NCBI GenBank assembly: GCA_048013815.1
Contig: CM106586.1
Coordinates: 17,112,001 to 17,176,000, forward strand
DNA from: Setoptus koraiensis
Taxonomy: Eukaryota; Animalia; Arthropoda
Reading direction: 5' to 3'
Length of the DNA stretch: 64,000 nucleotides
A program made the translations under genes and the position numbers. The notes under the pieces are model-generated. The model was not told the origin of the DNA and ran no database searches. It was given only the letters and a program-made list of their open reading frames with translations. Positions 61,304-64,000 of the stretch are shown here, piece by piece; positions within the stretch are counted from its first letter, which is position 1, and every line of letters starts with the position of its first letter.

Positions 61304-64000
61304 GGCCACAATTGAGCCGGTTGGAGGGTGCGAAATGGCACGAAAATGGCCAGCGACCAACTACTGTCAGTGGCTGCAACTACCGTTCTGCTTTCTCCGA
61401 TCGCCTTTCAGGCTGAAAGTTTCAACTATCACACTGTGAGACTCATAGGGCCAGCACAATCAATGCTGGTCGGCCCAATTGCAACAATTGTGCAACCAGC
61501 GATTGCGTAACCAATCGCCAGCGAGCAAACAATTAATGGTCATCAACAGCAAACCAACACCTGCTCATATTATGTAACATGTATGATGCACTTGCAGTGT
61601 GCAATTGTGACTATTGGCAACGGTGCTCATGAGTGTGATTACCGTTATGTTTAGCTACTAAATATATGTATTTATGTACAACTGGAGCGGCGGGCAGGTG
61701 GCGCGCCATTGACACGGCCCCGGTTTCAACGGCAGTTTCACCTGTTGGCGCGCTGGCGGCTGACAGCGAGCTCGGAGTAACTGTGAATTTAAAGTGTATC
61801 GAATGCACTGATTAACAATGGCGCCGGCGCCAATGGTGGCAGCGTCAGTCGTGGCGAGCGAGCACAGAAGCTTGCCAATGTTTGTATCAGCGCGTTGGCG
61901 ATTCGAGGCGGCGACCCGAGCGGCACAAGCGAAGCGGCGACCCGGGCGGCACAAGCGAAGCGGCGACGAGACGCGCTCGCCAACGAACAAACAAACGACA
62001 GACAAACGGCAAACAAACGACAAACAAACAACAAAAAAACAAACGACAAACAAACGATCGAGCCAACAGACAAACAAACGATTTTGTCTTTTTCGGGGCG
62101 CCGGCGAAGACGCACGAACGGCGAGAAAATCAGCGAGGCCGCGAAAATCAGCGAGGCCGCGAAAGGGAGCGACGCCGAGAGATAGAGAGAGAGAGAGAGC
62201 GACGCCGAATAAAACGCTGCGCGCAGACCGACGAGCGAGGGCACAAATGTGACGACAGAAAGCGCGAGACGATGACGTAACCGACGATGATCATTTCGAG
62301 CTCATGTTGGTGGCTGTGATGCATCATGGAGAGCGGCCATTGTGCGCTGTGTCATGAATCATGATGCCGATTGCGGCTGCGATCGTTACTCGTTACGAGT
62401 TAATTAGTTTTGGCGCACAATGCGAGCCAACATTGTTTTGGTTTCGCGAGGTTTCATGTGAACACGAATAGCTCATGTTTGCCCCCTCACAGCAACACTG
62501 AATTGCGCGCGCGCGCTCACAATTAGATCAAGAGATGAAGCGATTGCATCACAGATTATATCACAATTAGGTGATTCGGGGCAGCAGCAGCCACAGCACT
62601 ATTCCTGTTTTACGACGAGATAATTATCATCATGAGATTTGGAGGCCAAGCCGGCGCAAGACTATTAATCATTTACGCCAATTAACATGTTTATTTGTCG
62701 AGCCGCTCGCTCGCTCTCCGCGGCTGCTGCCGGCTCGACTATTCGACTGTTCGTGTCGAATGCGAGAAACATCACAATGGATCGCGCGACCTCCCCGCCG
62801 AACGCTGACTTGCGTAACTCATTGTAGGGGCATTCTTGCACTGGCATTACGATCGGTTTGTTTGCATCGCCGGACTTGCACTGCCAGTCGCCGGTTGCTC
62901 GCTCGAATCGTCCCCTCGCCGTTCGGCGCAAACTGCGCCCGCTCATGATGCGCGATATGGGCCGACATGGCGACGGGCACGTACAATTGCAATTAGCCGC
63001 TCGGTCGCCGGCCGTCATGGCCGGGCCCCGGCGGCCATCAAAACGACGCCGGAGCAACACCAAAACGACGCGAAAACAACGCGAAAACCGACATCAAACT
63101 GCCCAATGCGAGCCGCAAACAGAACATAATAAAGACGCAGCGACGAAAAGAGATCGCGCTGTCGTGTTCGCCTCTCCCATTTTATCGTCTCTCTCGGCGC
63201 GTCCTTGCCTCAATTTCCATTTAATGTCCCACTTCCTCGGGTCAGCGCATTCGCGCTCTCGCTGCCCACTTGTTGCCCGGTCGCCGGCCGATTGATGTTG
63301 CTGGTGTGGCGACGCCGACAACAACGGCCCCAGCGCCAACAAGTGGTGACCGACGCGCCGCGCGGGGGCAATTTTATGCCCAATTAAACATTTCATTTCG
63401 CAATTAGACAAACAACACGAACGTGACCAACTTCGATAGCTGCGTGGCCGGCGCGCGCTTCTTCCATCGGCCACCGACCAATCACCGACCGATATTTTGG
63501 CCTGCCGTTGCCGCCATCTGACGACTGCCGGCCCAATCGCGCTCCGGCAACGCTCGAATAAATCTAGTTTGTTTCGGCCAGCCAACAAGCAAACTGACCG
63601 CCCGAAACAATGAGCAATTTATTTCGCACATTTCCGACTAAATCGCCTGTCGTTTGTCTAACTGTCCGACTGTCCTGTTACTGGTACAGACAGGCGGCCG
63701 CCGCCGCCGCTGGCGTGAATGCAAATATCCATTTTTATTCATGTTCGTATTTATATTTTATTGCAATTGTCCAATTGTCGCCATGCGTAAGGTGTCATGC
63801 GTGGCGCAAATCCTTATTTACGGCGCAATCCAACGCAACTTGTTGCTGTCGTCGCAATCGTTATTATGGGCGAGATAACTGCTTGCAGATATGCGAGATC
63901 GACTCGACTTGCGAATCGTTTCGAAATCGCCGCAATCGTACACCAATGTGACAGGCGCCTTTTTTTATTGCAATATGCAACCATCGCAGCATGGCACAAG

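Noticed and set aside
45500-64000. The many long overlapping ORFs (for example 53264-54589, 49806-50696, 54693-55514, 59540-60148)
   Set aside because: They occur in all six frames, are R/A/P/S-biased translations of GC-rich and tandem-repeat DNA, and contain no domain motifs.

Overview
This is eukaryotic (metazoan, probably arthropod/mite-like) DNA with GT-AG introns, several intronless genes and Q/N-rich low-complexity proteins. The taxon is inferred from gene style and was not checked against a database. Bases 1-45 kb are AT-rich and gene-dense. Recognisable genes are MOSPD2-like (CRAL-TRIO + MSP + tail anchor, intronless), mevalonate kinase (2 exons), Elongin B (intronless), proteasome subunit alpha-7 (4 exons, with a U25/snR56-type C/D snoRNA in intron 3) and a 5-exon, 1788-aa membrane-anchored CLCA-like gene. 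There is also a coiled-coil gene and two orphan secreted-type genes. From about 45.5 kb to the end, the sequence becomes GC/CpG-rich, has no credible CDS and is full of tandem micro-duplications, palindromes and developmental transcription-factor-like motifs. The most striking observation occurs twice within 20 kb: an intronless gene sits behind a copy of a neighbouring housekeeping gene's 5' region, with the homology breakpoint at the start codon. Elongin B carries a copy of the PSMA7 upstream region. MOSPD2 carries an inverted copy of the MVK upstream region, exon 1 and intron 1, and a 4-nt GATG insertion supplies its ATG. All alignments and counts were made by eye.
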